Shown one piece after another: positions 10,784 through 23,271 of a DNA stretch of 64,000 bases. The DNA lies in NCBI GenBank assembly GCA_054600435.1, contig BAAIJX010000040.1, positions 1-64,000 of the forward strand, read 5' to 3'. The translations under genes were made by a program, and so were the position numbers. The notes below the pieces were generated by a model. It searched no databases and had not been told where the DNA came from. It saw only the letters and a list, made by a program, of their open reading frames with translations. Source of the stretch: Neophaeotheca triangularis (lineage: Eukaryota). Every line of letters begins with the position of its first letter. Position 1 is the stretch's first letter.

Positions 10784-12611
10784 CAGGGAGCTGACTTGCT
10801 ACGCTTCTCGAGTCGAGGACCGAGCGAAGGTCTACGGTAAGGTGATGCACAAGTGGCGGTCTGGGCAGGAAGCACACGACAGGCGTGGGCGCAAGCAGTA
10901 GTGCCTGAAGCCGGTCCAGGTAGTGCGTAAGCAGCTCGAGTTCTCGACTCTTGCACCATCCAGTGCGTCCACGACCCGCGAGCTATCTCTGGAACGGAGT
11001 GGTCATGAGCTCAAGCAGCGCTCATGCAGGCAATCGCGCGCAAAAGAAAATCCAGAAACACCATCACATAATAATAGCTATTTCGATCCGAACGGAAACG
11101 GAGACGAGTGGTTCTCGACAGGGTGTCAACTTGTCAAGTTCGTGATGATCGACAGGGCACATGTGTTTGTTGTTAATGCTGCACATCGGGCCACCTGCTG
11201 CTGGGACGGGAGCCGGAAGAGGCGTTTCAACCTTTGTGGCTGCCGCCGCCGCTGCGTCTAATTAGTTATAAAAAACTTCTTCGCTTGCGAAGATGCCGAG
11301 GGCCCGAAGTGACAGCGGCATGGCAGGGGTGGTTGGAGGATCGTCAGAAAAAAACACTTTGATACCTTATGGATGCTCTGTTGTAGAGTCTGCGAACCGG
11401 AGGTAGGAGTCGATGATAGTTTCCAGCAGTAGTAGTGAAAGGCTGAAAGCGTACCAGTACTTCCTAGCGGTGTGGGAGAGCGATGGGGAAAGGGTCAAAC
11501 GTGTCTGATCGAGCAGCATTTAGTGTGCGCTTGGCTCGCGATCCATGGACGTGATGCCCGGGTGACCGGGAAGTGCTACTACTGCTCTAACTACCTGTGG
11601 TCTGAAGATAGTAGCAACACGGCGAGTTGTGCTTCTTCCACTTCCGTGCCTTCCCCTACCTCTTCTCCAGTCATATGGCTGGGTATGATTGCAGTGGGGG
11701 GGTGATTCGCGTACCTGCATCCACTGTTGAGCGCCAGGGATGAGAATAATCATGTCCGGTACATACAGTTGTACTTTTGACAAGTCTCCGACGGTTGATG
11801 AGGACGGGGATAGCGTCTTGTAAATCACTAGAAGCAAAGTACTGTAGATTACACCTAGCCCATACTTTAGCGAGAGCATACTAATAAATCTGTGCTACGT
11901 CCCTGTTCAATTTGATCGTCACCCAGACGGTAGTACACCATTCGGGACCGTCGAGACCGTCGACATTATTGATAACCTCGAGACCCCCCGAGATCCCCAA
12001 CTTCTTGTCACGACTCATCGACGTCAAAGCGCTTTGTTGGTCGCCTCAGAGGCCAAACTCAACTCCACCTGCGTTGTCCCCCTTCTTCGCCGAGGGCACG
12101 CGTCTTTTGTTCCTTTTCCCTTTTCCTTTTCCTCACCAACTCCATCAACCTCTTCATCCCCCCTTCATCAATCAACAATCCAACCACCGAGCCTCGTGCA
12201 GCTTTCCTTGCATAAAGCACCTAATTCGGGCATTTTTCGAAGCTTTGTTCCTCGAGGTACCCCGCCCGCTGCCCTGACGGGAGTACTTCACTCGGTGCTT
12301 ACGCTACGTACGGACTAGGTACGGGCGTTTGGAAACAACCTTTGACGGGACCTCGACCTCACGCGGCGTTAAAACTTTCAGCGTGTGGTACGTCACCCGC
12401 AAGACCCGCAACAAGTGTGCAAAACACGACCTGCACAAAACACAAAACACCCGACGTTGCATTACTCGCTTTTGCCCTCTTGGTGTCGCTGCTTAGAGCA
12501 TATGACCTCCTGGTCGCTATTCACCATATCGCTATTGTCATAGTCGCGCCTGCATAGCACACAGCACTCGGCGTCTCCTCTGCGCGCGCGCATCACACCC
12601 TATCCTTCACC

Positions 12612-15600
12612 ATGAGCACCCCGATTGACGAAAAGGGCGAGCCGACGTACTCCCAGCAGCAGCCGACCATTCCCGATCCTAATGTGAGCGGTGCACGTCG
12701 CAGTCAGGATACGACTCGGAGCCGCGAGCAGCATTGGGATCTGCCGCGCTATAACATACACAGCCAGGAAGGACGGCGTAGCCATGAACAGCCCAACTCA
12801 GACGAAGAAGGCACTGTGGTGGGCAACTCGAACGAAGATAACTATGCCGCTGCCGCGCAACCGCAGCAGACTGGCAGACCGCGCGCCAACACACATCTTA
12901 CCGTCGACACCGAGTATGACCATGTAGATCGGCTAGGTGGCCTGGGATCGCCGTCTCAGACTCGAGAGCGATCGAAGCGGCTGGAAGATGATCTGATGAT
13001 GGTTCAGGTTGAGCGTCAAGTCTCCAAAGCTGCCGACGAAGAAGACAGGGCAAGGCGGGCTGGAAACGTGAGCGAGAACGGCGAAGATATGTACCGTTCC
13101 AGGTCACGACGGGGAGGGAGAAACGATAGAGACGAGCTGGTCGATGAGTTCGATATCGCTACCAACCCTGTGCACGAGAAGACGGCCACATACAAACCGC
13201 CCGAGAACCCTACCACCGGCTTCAGCAAATTCGTCAAGAAGATCCATACGTCCGGGTGGCTCATTCGGTACTTCACCTACATCGTCCCCGTCGTTGCCCT
13301 CCTACTTATCCCACTGCTGCTCGGTGCACTGGCGTTCCCTAACGCCAACGTAGGCGGCGTGGAACTTATGTGGTTTTCCATCTGGCTCGTGATCGTCTGG
13401 CTAACGCTCTGGGCGGGTCGAATCCTGGCCAAATGCTTGCCTTGGCCCATGGGTGTTATTTCAAGCTTGTTCACCAACAACGGCAAGAAGTGGCGCGACC
13501 TGGGCAAAGCACTTGAGCTACCCGCTACCCTGTTCTTCTGGTGGCTGGCCATCGAAATTTCCTTTCTGCCTACTATGACAAACCACATGGTTGATGGAAA
13601 CAAGCGCACTGAAGAGTGGATGAGCACGATGAACAAGGTCTTGGTCACCATCTTCATTGCCTCCATTCTCAACTTTGTGGAGAAGATCATCATCCAGCTC
13701 ATCGCCATATCTTTCCATCTCAGGACTTACGCCGACAGAATTGAGATCAACAAGTTTCAGATCCAAACTCTTACGAAGCTATACACTTACTCAAAAGACA
13801 AGATTGCAATGGTAAGCGCCAATGCGGCTTCAGTCTTTCCAAACACACGCTAACAAATTCGCTTTAGGAGGACTCGGACTTCGAGGCACCATCTGGGCAA
13901 CCGGGCTCTGGCACTAGGACTCCAGGCCAGTTCCTCAATGAGGCAGCCAAGACAACTAAGAAGGGTATTACGAAGTTCGGTGATGTAGCTGGTAAAGTCG
14001 CGGGCGATTTCACGGGCAAAGCTACCATGAACAGCCAACACCCGCATCAGGTTACTTTGACATTGCTGAGCACTACTCCTGGAGCGCAAGTCCTGGCCCG
14101 CCGTCTTTATCGCACATTCGCTAGGGAAGGTGACGACGAAGAAGACGAGCAGCCAATGGTGCATTCGGACGATTTGAAGCACGCTTTCGACAGCGACGGC
14201 GAAGCAGAGGCAGCCTTCTCGATGTTCGACAAGGACATGAACGGGAACATCTCGATGGAAGAACTGGAGGCTGTTTGCGTCGAGATTGGTCGTGAACGCA
14301 AATCCATCACCGCCTCGCTCAAAGATCTGGACTCCGTGGTTAGCAAGCTGGACGACTGTTTCATGTTTATCGTGTTTGTGATTGTCATCCTGGTCTTCAT
14401 CTCGCTCATCTCGACTTCGGCTGCCGGTGTTCTTACCAGCGCTGGCTCCGCTGTTCTGGCTCTATCCTGGCTCTTTAGTGCGACGGCTCAGGAATTCTTG
14501 CAGTCGCTCATCTTCGTCTTTGTCAAGCATCCCTTCGATGTTGGCGATCGTGTGTCCGTATACGGCAACACCGGTGACCTAGGACGAGGCGACGACTACT
14601 TTGTGAAGGAGATCAGCTTGCTCTACACTGAGTTCAAGAAGCTGCAAGGACATGTTGTCCAGGCCCCAAACAGCTACCTTAACACCCTCTTCATCCTGAA
14701 CCAGCGTCGATCTGGCGGTCTCGCAGAAGCTGTACCCATTACCTTCAAATTCGGCACTACTCTGGAACAGATTGATGGCCTTCGTGAGAGACTTCTCGAA
14801 TATGTCACGATCGAGAAGCGCGAGTTCCAGCCGAACATTCTCACGGAAGTACGCGAGGTCATGGAGGTCCACAGCGTGACCATGAACATCGTCTTCTTCT
14901 ACAAATCCAACTGGCAGAACGAAGGTCTGCGTCTCGCGCGTCGCAACAAATTCATTTGCGCCATGATGGCCTGTATGCAAGACCTCGGCATCGAAGGCCC
15001 TCGCATGCGCTACCCTGGTCTCAAGGAGAGCTTCCCTGTTTACATGCAAAGCATCCCCCACATCGCCACTCCGGGCATGGGTCACGGTGGCAACCCCGAC
15101 AATCCTGGTGGCATGGTCCAAAGCGAGCCCGTCGACGGCGAAGCCCCCTTCGTCGACCCCCAACAGGATCCGACGAGAAGGGGCTCTGTCGCCCAGGGTG
15201 GTGCGATGCGCACAGGCTCTATCCTCCGCGGCTCTAATAACGCTCGCGGGCGCGGCGAAAGTCTAAACCAGGCTGGACGGCGCGTGGACTTCTCCCTCGG
15301 CGCTTCCGCCCTGGCTTCCGGTGACATGCAAGGCGATGTTTACGAGACACGGCAAAAGCCTCGCGTCCCCATCAACATCACATCCCCTTCCCCCTCTGGC
15401 GCCGACCGCAGGCGCAGCAACGACATTGCGCGCTCCACTTCGCACGACGCTCCCGTCAGCCCTGGCGGCCTCGCCCGCCGCTCCACCACCGACTCAGGCG
15501 GCTCGCGCTTCAGCCGCCACCACCTCAACGTCGGCGGCGGCAGCCACCGCAACCGCTTCTTCGGCCGCAGCAGACCCGGCACCTCGCACAACGACGAGCA

Positions 15601-15904
15601 GGGCCTGATGGAAAGCGGCATGGCCGACATTCCCGAAAACCCATCGACTTCCGGCAGCAACGAGCCGAGCCAAAGGCGCGAGTCCCAGGGCGCTGGCCGT
15701 ATGGACCCTAGGAGCGGCATGGTCAGCCCCGCGGCGTGGAGGCTCAACACCAACGATAGCAACCTACACCCTTCCGCCCCGCAGGAGGAGGTCGGCGATG
15801 CGCCGCCGCAACTGCCGCAGCTGGGCCACGGTGTCGCTAGGAGCCAGACGGAGGATTTCGGCCACAGGCAGCCGGGGGAGGATTATGAGATGAAGCGGTT
15901 GTGA
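12612..15904 (+). CDS. MscS-family mechanosensitive ion channel with EF-hand (fission-yeast Msy1/Msy2-like)
   Basis: Exons 12612-13811 and 13868-15904; intron GTAAGC...GCTAAC...TTTAG. Multiple TM helices, EF-hand [12 protein letters not shown], MscS signature [12 protein letters not shown] and [17 protein letters not shown]. Confidence 0.93.
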
Positions 15905-16780
15905 TCCGCCATCGTACTTACAGGAAGAGATGTGGGTGTTCTTTATGCATAGAGGGCGGTTTGGGCAAAGGGTAGATTACGGCGTAGACGAGCGCTCCGC
16001 CACGCGTGTTCCGTTGGGTACAGGACGGCACGATGGACGTGTGGGTAAGGTGGCGGCGCTGTTCTTATTTTGGGCGGAAAGGAGCTTATTTGGATATTTT
16101 CTGTACGCGTTTTCTGCGTGCGTGCGTGGTGTTTTTTTGTATTGTATTTGGGATGTGGGAGACCGGACGAGGAAGAGTGATGGGAAGGAGGAGAGTAGGA
16201 AAGTACGAGAGGAGAACATGCTAAATGCTTCAAGTTTGTTATACGTCTACTGTGGGTCTTGGCTCATATCTTGACTTTTCATACTCGAGTGCCCGTCTGT
16301 CTCAGCCTCAACTAAACAAAACTGGTCTCTACGTCGAACGCCCGTTGGCTGTTGTCTATCATCAAACGCGAAGACTGTGCATGTTGTTTTTGAGGACAGC
16401 CTTTCTTAATGGAGCTCTAAATTCTGAACTTTCATAAATCTCCACGTCGCCGTAGATCCTGACCAAGGTCGTCACTACGAACTTCCAGAAGACGATTGTC
16501 CTTTTGCACACCGGGCAAGCAGGCTCTGCATCGCGTGCAGCGCCGGGTAGATTGGATGCATAGCACATTGCTGCGAGGGCGAAACCCCCCCTGGAATTGA
16601 ATTTCCCAAACCCTTGACCTGGTGTCAAGCCTGGCTCCCTTATCTTATCGTGACATCTAGAGACCCGAAACGGAGAGCTCCTAGCCTCCTACACATGAAC
16701 GACCACTACCACTTCAACCTCACTCTACGACACCGCGAGCAAACCATCCTACCACACAACACACACACGAAGGCCTCAAG

Positions 16781-17375
16781 ATGATCTTCTTTAGGTATCT
16801 AACCCTTTCTCAACCTCAATGCTCCCTCCGTGTCGCGACTGGCCTAGAGACTTGCAGCGCTAACTTTCACTCCAGCTTCTTCAAGACCCTCGTCGACAAG
16901 CAAGTCACGATCGAGTTGAAGAACGACATCTCGATTCGCGGCACCCTTAAGAGCATCGATCAGTTTCTCAACCTGAAACTCGACGATGTCAACGTCACCG
17001 ACGAGTACAAGTACCCCCACTTGGTGAGTGACCACCCTCCCTACCTTCACTGCCGCGAGTGAAAAGACGGGAGGCGCATCGCACAGAACGCACAGAGAAC
17101 TAGGCAACCACGAGAATCATTGCGTATGGACACGAGTATCATGCTGACCCTTCCATCACTGGCAGAGCTCGGTCAAGAACGTCTTCATCCGTGGCTCGAC
17201 TGTGCGCTACATTCACCTCCCGCCCCAGGGTGTGGACACTGCACTCCTCGAAGATGCGACGCGCAAATGTGAGTATCTCGCGGCCTCACGAACACGTCCT
17301 GACTGGCACGCTAACCAAGGAATGTGCGCTCTAGCCCTCCAAGTCGAATCCGAGAACCGCGCGAAGGCAGGCTGA
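16781..17375 (+). CDS. LSM2: U6 snRNA-associated Sm-like protein LSm2
   Basis: Exons 16781-16794, 16876-17023, 17166-17268 and 17335-17375 give MIFFSFFKTLVDKQVTIELKNDISIRGTLKSIDQFLNLKLDD...YPHLSSVKNVFIRGSTVRYIHLP...LLEDATRK. Confidence 0.95.
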
Positions 17376-18234
17376 ATATTTCAATATCCCTTCGATAACC
17401 ACAATGATACCCCTACGAGCGGCACTAATACGGAATTGCGAGAGAAGTCTGAAGATGAGGACGCCCGCCAGGATGGAGCTAGCCAGGCACAAAAAGCCAA
17501 GCCAGCTATGACAAAGGATAGGGAGGCTACCATGACGGGAATGTGAACAACGCCTCGTGATATTCAAAGCACGAGCAATGCGAGGGAGGGGGAGATATGA
17601 GACATGATGACGAGGACACGCAGGTAGTCGTTCAAGCTACTACCGAAGAAAGCTTCAAACAAAGCAAAGAGTGGGCACCTTGAGGCTCGCCAACCCGTCA
17701 TTTCCCAGTCTCAGTCTCATTTACGCATAGAGAAAGCCCTTGACAGCCGAGCTACGGCATGCGTGCAACGGCTAAGATTGAAGGACCACACCTCACGGCA
17801 ACACATGTCATGCCCTGATGATCCGTATGCAAGGAAAGCCCGGCTTTTGCGTTTGACACCTGCAAGGAACCGTACCAACACGCGGTTACACTCCACTTTG
17901 AACGTCTCCATCACGAACGAAGCTACTTCCCTCAACCTCGGCCAAGCCCTTTGAGGACAAGCGGCACGAGAAGACAGGAACCCCCTGATGCAATTGGTGT
18001 AACTTGCGTAACGTGTCGCGGTGCCCTGGCTGATAAATCCGCGTACAACCATCGTGAGCTTCGCACCCGGCTCTCTGAGCTAGGTGATGCAAGAAGGCTA
18101 CCCTCATGCCCGCAGTAGGTATTTAGGAGCTCACCTTCCCACAACAACAGCTCTCATTGCTTTCCACACCACTCGAACCTCCAAACGCAGCAAACACCCA
18201 TCGAACCCACCATCCCACCCAACCCAACCCAACC

Positions 18235-18974
18235 ATGCGTCTCCCAACCCCCGCCCTCCTCCTCCTCCTCCCCCTCCTAACCCACTCAACCACCCTCCGC
18301 CTAACCTCAACCTGCGACCGCGACTTCTACTTCGTCTTCACCGCCCTCAACCCCCCGGACCCAGAAAACCCCACCCAACCACCGCAAACCTCGACCCCGG
18401 TCACCATCGTCAACGCAACCCAAGGCTACGAACGCCGGGTCCAAGGCCGCGGCCAGCAGTTGGGAATCACAAACACCACCGAGTACTGGGCCGCGGAAAC
18501 CGGACAGTGGGTGTTAGGCCTGAACACCGTGGAAGAGGAATTCGTCGTCGGGGCAGACGGGGAAACTCGCACCAGGTGGCGGAATTGGTGGAATGTCAAC
18601 GGTATGTCTTCGACTCGCCGCGGTGCTTTTTTTTTTTTTTTTTTTGCTTCTCGGTACTTGAGTTTCTCCGACCCCTTGTCTTCAGGCTGTAGGCTTCTCG
18701 GTACTTGAGTTTCTCCGACCCCTTGTCTTCAGGCTGTGTTTTTTTTTTCCGGCTGGGGTTACTAACTTTGGCGACAGTTAATCGCGCCGACCCTCTCGGC
18801 GACGTCAGCTGGAACGTCACTACTACCGGGTTGGAGACTTCGGGGCAGTGCGGAAATGCTACGCAGTATGATGCTTTTTGGATGCATAATTGTCCCGGGG
18901 GGCCGGAGCAGGTCATTGATGTGAGGCTTTGCTCTGAAAATGGTGGTGGAGAGGAAGGAGAGGGGGAGGAGTAG
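18235..18974 (+). CDS. Small secreted Cys-containing protein, possibly Bys1/thaumatin-like fold
   Basis: Signal peptide MRLPTPALLLLLPLLTHS; exon 18235-18601, intron 18602-18777 (GTATGT...ACTAAC...GACAG), exon 18778-18974 in frame. Four Cys and several NxT sites. Family resemblance is inference only. Confidence 0.7.
18646..18737. repeat. Perfect 45-bp direct duplication (18646-18690 and 18693-18737) inside an intron, flanked by poly-T tracts
   Basis: gcttctcggtacttgagtttctccgaccccttgtcttcaggctgt occurs twice, separated by 'ag'. Confidence 0.95.
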
Positions 18975-19262
18975 GAAGGGGGCTTAGAGGGGTAGTGTGA
19001 TGGGGCTGGGTTTGAGGGGCTTGGGGATGAGGGTTGCTAGGTGGTACGAATGGCTAGGTTCGACCTGGTAGGTGGAAGGGGCGTGCTGGTTGTGAAGGAT
19101 TGGCTCAAGACTTGGAAGTTTTCGAATGGGTAACGGAAATACAATCGCTTTCATTGCATAGATATCGCTACCGCGATCCGTCGCCTTGCTAGCTGCAACT
19201 GCCTCAGACACGCAAAACTGCCTCTTCCCGCACCCCCGCCACCCTCGACATCCAAATCAATC

Positions 19263-20851
19263 TCAAGCCTTTCCCTCCCTCCTCCTCAAGCCCACCTCCA
19301 GCCCCAGCGGCTTCCTCAAGAACCCTTCACTCGTCTCCAACACATCCTGGTGCAGCTCAAATTCGAAATTCCTCATAACCGTAGATGCAATAAGCGCCAA
19401 CTCCATCTCAGCAACATTTCTCCCCACACAAGCCCTTGGACCGTATGAAAAAGGTATAAAAGCCGCCTTCTGGGCTTCAGTAACGGTATCCCAGCGTTCC
19501 GGTTTGAACTCGTCGGCGTCTGGGCCCCAGATGGACTTGCTGTGGTGAATTGTGTAAGCTGGGACGGAGAGGACTGTGCCTTGCGGAAAGAAGTGGCCGG
19601 CGATAGTGACACCCGCGCCAGGAGGCACGACACGCGGTAGGCCGGTGGCGGAGGTGGAGTGAATTCGCAGGGTTTCGGAGATGACTTTGTCGAGGTAAGG
19701 GAGGTCGCGGACTTGTTCGTACGAGGGGACGCCGGGGGAGGGCAGGGCGGAGTCGAGTTCGGCTTGCAATTTTTTGACCACGGCGGGTTTAGTTAGGCAG
19801 TGGAAGAGGAGGGCGCAGGAGGTGTTGGAAGTTGTGTCGGAGCCGGCGATGAGCTGGGTTAGCGCTTCGGCGGTGAGTTCTTCCCGACCCAGCTTTTCGC
19901 CGTTTTCGTCTTTGCCTTCCATTAGGCGGGCAAGGAGGTCGACGCGTTGCACTTCGCCGCGCTCTGCGGCTTCGAGGCGCATGTTGACGCGCGCTACGGC
20001 GATGCCTGCAAGGTCTTGGACGGCTTGCACGCCTTTGCTGAAGAAGGGGTCGGGGAGGTAGCCGGCGTAGGGTTTGATGGCCGGGAAGCAGCCGATGGTG
20101 TTTGAGACTTCGCCGCGGCGGTTGAGGACTTCAATGGCAGGAGCGTAGGTCGGTGGGGAGTCAGGGGTTGCGCGGACCTCTGCCAGGTCGCGGCCGTGTT
20201 CGAGCATGCCAAAGGGGGCGCCAAACGCTAGGTCGCCAATGATGTCGAAGGCGACGTAGTTGAACCAGTTAAGGATGTCCATGCGGTAGAAGCCGCCGTT
20301 TGCTTGCTTGCTCTTGTCCTTCCATTGCGAGACGAGCGTTTCTAGGTTGTGGTGGATGTACTGTTCGAACTGGCCAATGGATCTCGCGCTGAAGGTGTGC
20401 GAGACGGTCTTTCTCTTGCGCGTATGCTCATGGCGGTCGCGGGTGTTGAAGAGGCCGCGGCGGATAGAGACGAAGGCGTCGTAGTATTCTCTGTCGGTGA
20501 CGAAGACTGTTTAATGCTTAATGTTTCGGGCAGTGCAGATCAACATGCGGAGACTTACGACTTGGTAAAGCCAGTGCCGTGACCGTAGACGATTGGAATG
20601 GCATCCGGGTCTGCTATGGAGACGTGGTTTGGCTGGACTCTGACCAGCTTTCCGTGCTTTTGGTGCTCTTCGTAGACGCTCAGGAATCTTCGACCGCGTC
20701 TGCACTCGTACATGTACCAGAGGTTTGTGAACTTGGCCGCGAGAGGACCGGGAACATCCTTGATGCTCCAGTTGCGGAAGTAAGGGAGGAGGTAGTAGAG
20801 GAAGGGTAGGAGCAGGAGGCCCCATGGGGTGAGGAAGATGGAGAGGAACAT
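19263..20851 (-). CDS. CYP53: Cytochrome P450 benzoate 4-monooxygenase (CYP53 family)
   Basis: Exons 20851-20559 and 20490-19263. N-terminal membrane anchor; YGHGTGFTKSEYYDAFVSIRRGLFNTRDR; ELTAEALTQLIAGSDTTSNT; ETLR; heme motif FSYGPRACVGRN. All match Aspergillus BphA-type CYP53. Confidence 0.93.
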
Positions 20852-22143
20852 GGTCGTTGTCGTGATTGTCGCTCGTGCTGTTGCTGTGCAAGCAGACTTG
20901 GTAAGGGTGAGCAGTGAAGGATGAGAGAGGGAGAGAAAGGGGGGTGGGGTGGGAAGGTGGGTATACTTATGTCTCTTGCTCAAGACTACTTTTTCAGCCT
21001 CCCGTCGGCCTTGTAGGTGATATGTTTCTTGCCTTGGTGAGGGCCGCGGGGGTTGGCATGCGACAAGCAACTTCAACAATAGTAGTAATAATAACGCCTC
21101 TAGTACTGTCAATGTGGGTACTCGAGGGGGAATACGATTACCTACGCCGAAACACGCCGCTGTCCAGTGGTCGAGTGAGGTCGAGTGCCGTCACGTGCTA
21201 GCTGCCCCGCACTGCACTCCCGTCTCCCCAACCCGACCATCTGGTCGCCAAAAACTCGGCCGACAGCGACTCTGGCATTTGATATCGGTTGCGTACCTAA
21301 GGTATGAGCCCCCATGAACGTGCCCATTGTAACAAGGTATAGTAGCGATGCGGAGCTTTCAACCTTGCAACGTTCTGTGGCCACCAGAGGGTAACATTAC
21401 CAATACTCATCGAGCCCAGCCAGTATCGGAGGGAAACATCACACCTTCGTCTTCCCTACGGATGCACAGCCCGAGGAAGCACCCAGTACGTTGCTGTAGT
21501 CTGAATGTCCACCAACAACACTATAAAGGACGACCCTGCCTGCATCGCTCATCATCGAATCGCAAAGCCGCCAAACTACTCTCTCCATCCTCAAAAGCCA
21601 TCTCAAAAGCCTCAAAATAGGCCACAGACACGACCACCCCCCTTCCTTCTCCCTCCTTCCGCCGTTCGAGAGATATATGTAGCTACCCCAGTGTCCCGTC
21701 ATCATCAGGTCCAGCTTCAGAATGCCGTCGGCTTCCCACTCTTGCTCGAGGATAGACACTTGAAAGACATGTTGGAGAAACTGCTGGTTTCGCTTTGCTT
21801 GACTGGGCTTAGATTGTTTGACCGTGAGAATTGGCAGTAATCGCATGTGGTGTGACCGGCATAGGTTCTGGTGTAAAGGGACTTGATGAGCAGAGAGTGA
21901 CGACGGGTTACGTGGGCCACGGGACCAGTGCGGTCTCACGTTGAATAGTGCTTGTACCTGGTGGAAAAAACGAGAGTATGAAAGAATTGCCCCTACCATA
22001 GAAACCTTCACAAGGATGCATTTCCATAACCTACTCGGCTGCTCCAATGGTAACGCAATTGAAAGGTTTCCCTTCGCTGCAACCTCGTTGTATATACATA
22101 CACGGTCTACCAACCCACCCGACCATCCACCATCACTCTCCCT

Positions 22144-23072
22144 CTACTTCTGCGACACAATACCTGCACAGCAAAATCAGCAAAACTGCACGTTTCAATC
22201 AACATCATCTACTCAAAATCTCAACTTACGCTCAACGTCAGCAACGCTCTGCTTCAAGATCTGGTCCAAGACCTTAGGGTTCTCGAGCTCCTTGTCGATC
22301 TTGTTGATAATGCTCTCAGCCAACTCCCTCTGCTGGCGAGCCTTGACCTGGCCCTCGTACCTGACCCACGAGTCCAGGACGTTCTTGGCCTCGTGCGCAA
22401 CGGCCGTCTTTTGCTCCAACTCGTAAGCCTGAGCCTCGAGCTGGGCAGTTTCCTATCACAGCCCGTATTAGCATGACAGATGCCAAGGTTTGTAGATTTT
22501 GCACCAAAGTCTCACCTTGGAGACGGCGAAGAGGTCCTTGGTGACATCAATGACACCGCCCAAGTCCTGCACGTTCTCGATCCGGCTCTTGACAGCCTTG
22601 GTGTGGTCCTCGCGCGCGGCGTTGAGGATGTTCTTGATCTTGTCGCTCTGTCCGTCGGCCCACTCCTTGTACATGGGGCCTCCGTACTTGGCGACGGCGA
22701 AGAAGACGGTCAGCAAGCTCAGCATGACAATCGACTCCTCGTTGACGACGTAGAGCTCGTTGCTGATGGCGGCAATGGACAGACCGGCACCCGCCGACAG
22801 GATTGCCGTCTTGGACACCATGTTGTTCCCTGGCAGAGCGTCGAGGATGGACTTGGCCTGCTCTTTGGGGTCCTTTTGCGGCACGTTGGCGAGTGCGGCA
22901 TGGCTGGTGCTGAAATGGGAAGTTGCTGGGAGGGCGGCAGTGCGGATAGGGAGGGTTGGGCGGGCGGCGCGGGCGGCGCCTACGGAGTATTAGTAGGGGG
23001 CTCAGTCGCTGCCAGCGGCGGCAATAATGTATTTAACGTACCCATAGCGCTTCGTGCTATGCGTGAGGCCAT
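22144..23072 (-). CDS. ATP4: Mitochondrial ATP synthase subunit b (subunit 4)
   Basis: Exons 23072-23042, 22979-22516, 22452-22230 and 22163-22144. Motifs SILDALPGN, AISNELYVVNEE and VLDSWVRYEGQVKARQQRELA; ends ERIVSQK. Confidence 0.95.
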
Positions 23073-23271
23073 TGCTGTGGTTGTGTTTGAAGGAGCGGAG
23101 ATGCAGCTGTAGTGGTGGTGAAGTCTGCGAGCAAGTTGCGCTTCGCGGTTCAATCCGAAGCTGATTGATTGAAGCCAAGACTTCCGGAACTTGCCGAAAT
23201 CGGGCTTCATATGAACTTGACTTTTTGTTCAGCATGCGCTTTTCTTAACGACAGAATTGACAACGCTCAAG

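Noticed and set aside
11520..11879. 119-aa minus-strand ORF with a hydrophobic N-terminus in the 3-kb gap upstream of MscS
   Set aside because: No recognisable domain and no convincing splice model; it cannot be supported without expression data.
22144..22146. Genome-wide reassignment of TAG to a sense codon, to explain the two internal TAGs
   Set aside because: ATP4, the RNase, GH16, dynein IC, AKR and the hydrolase all end at TAG at their expected C-termini.
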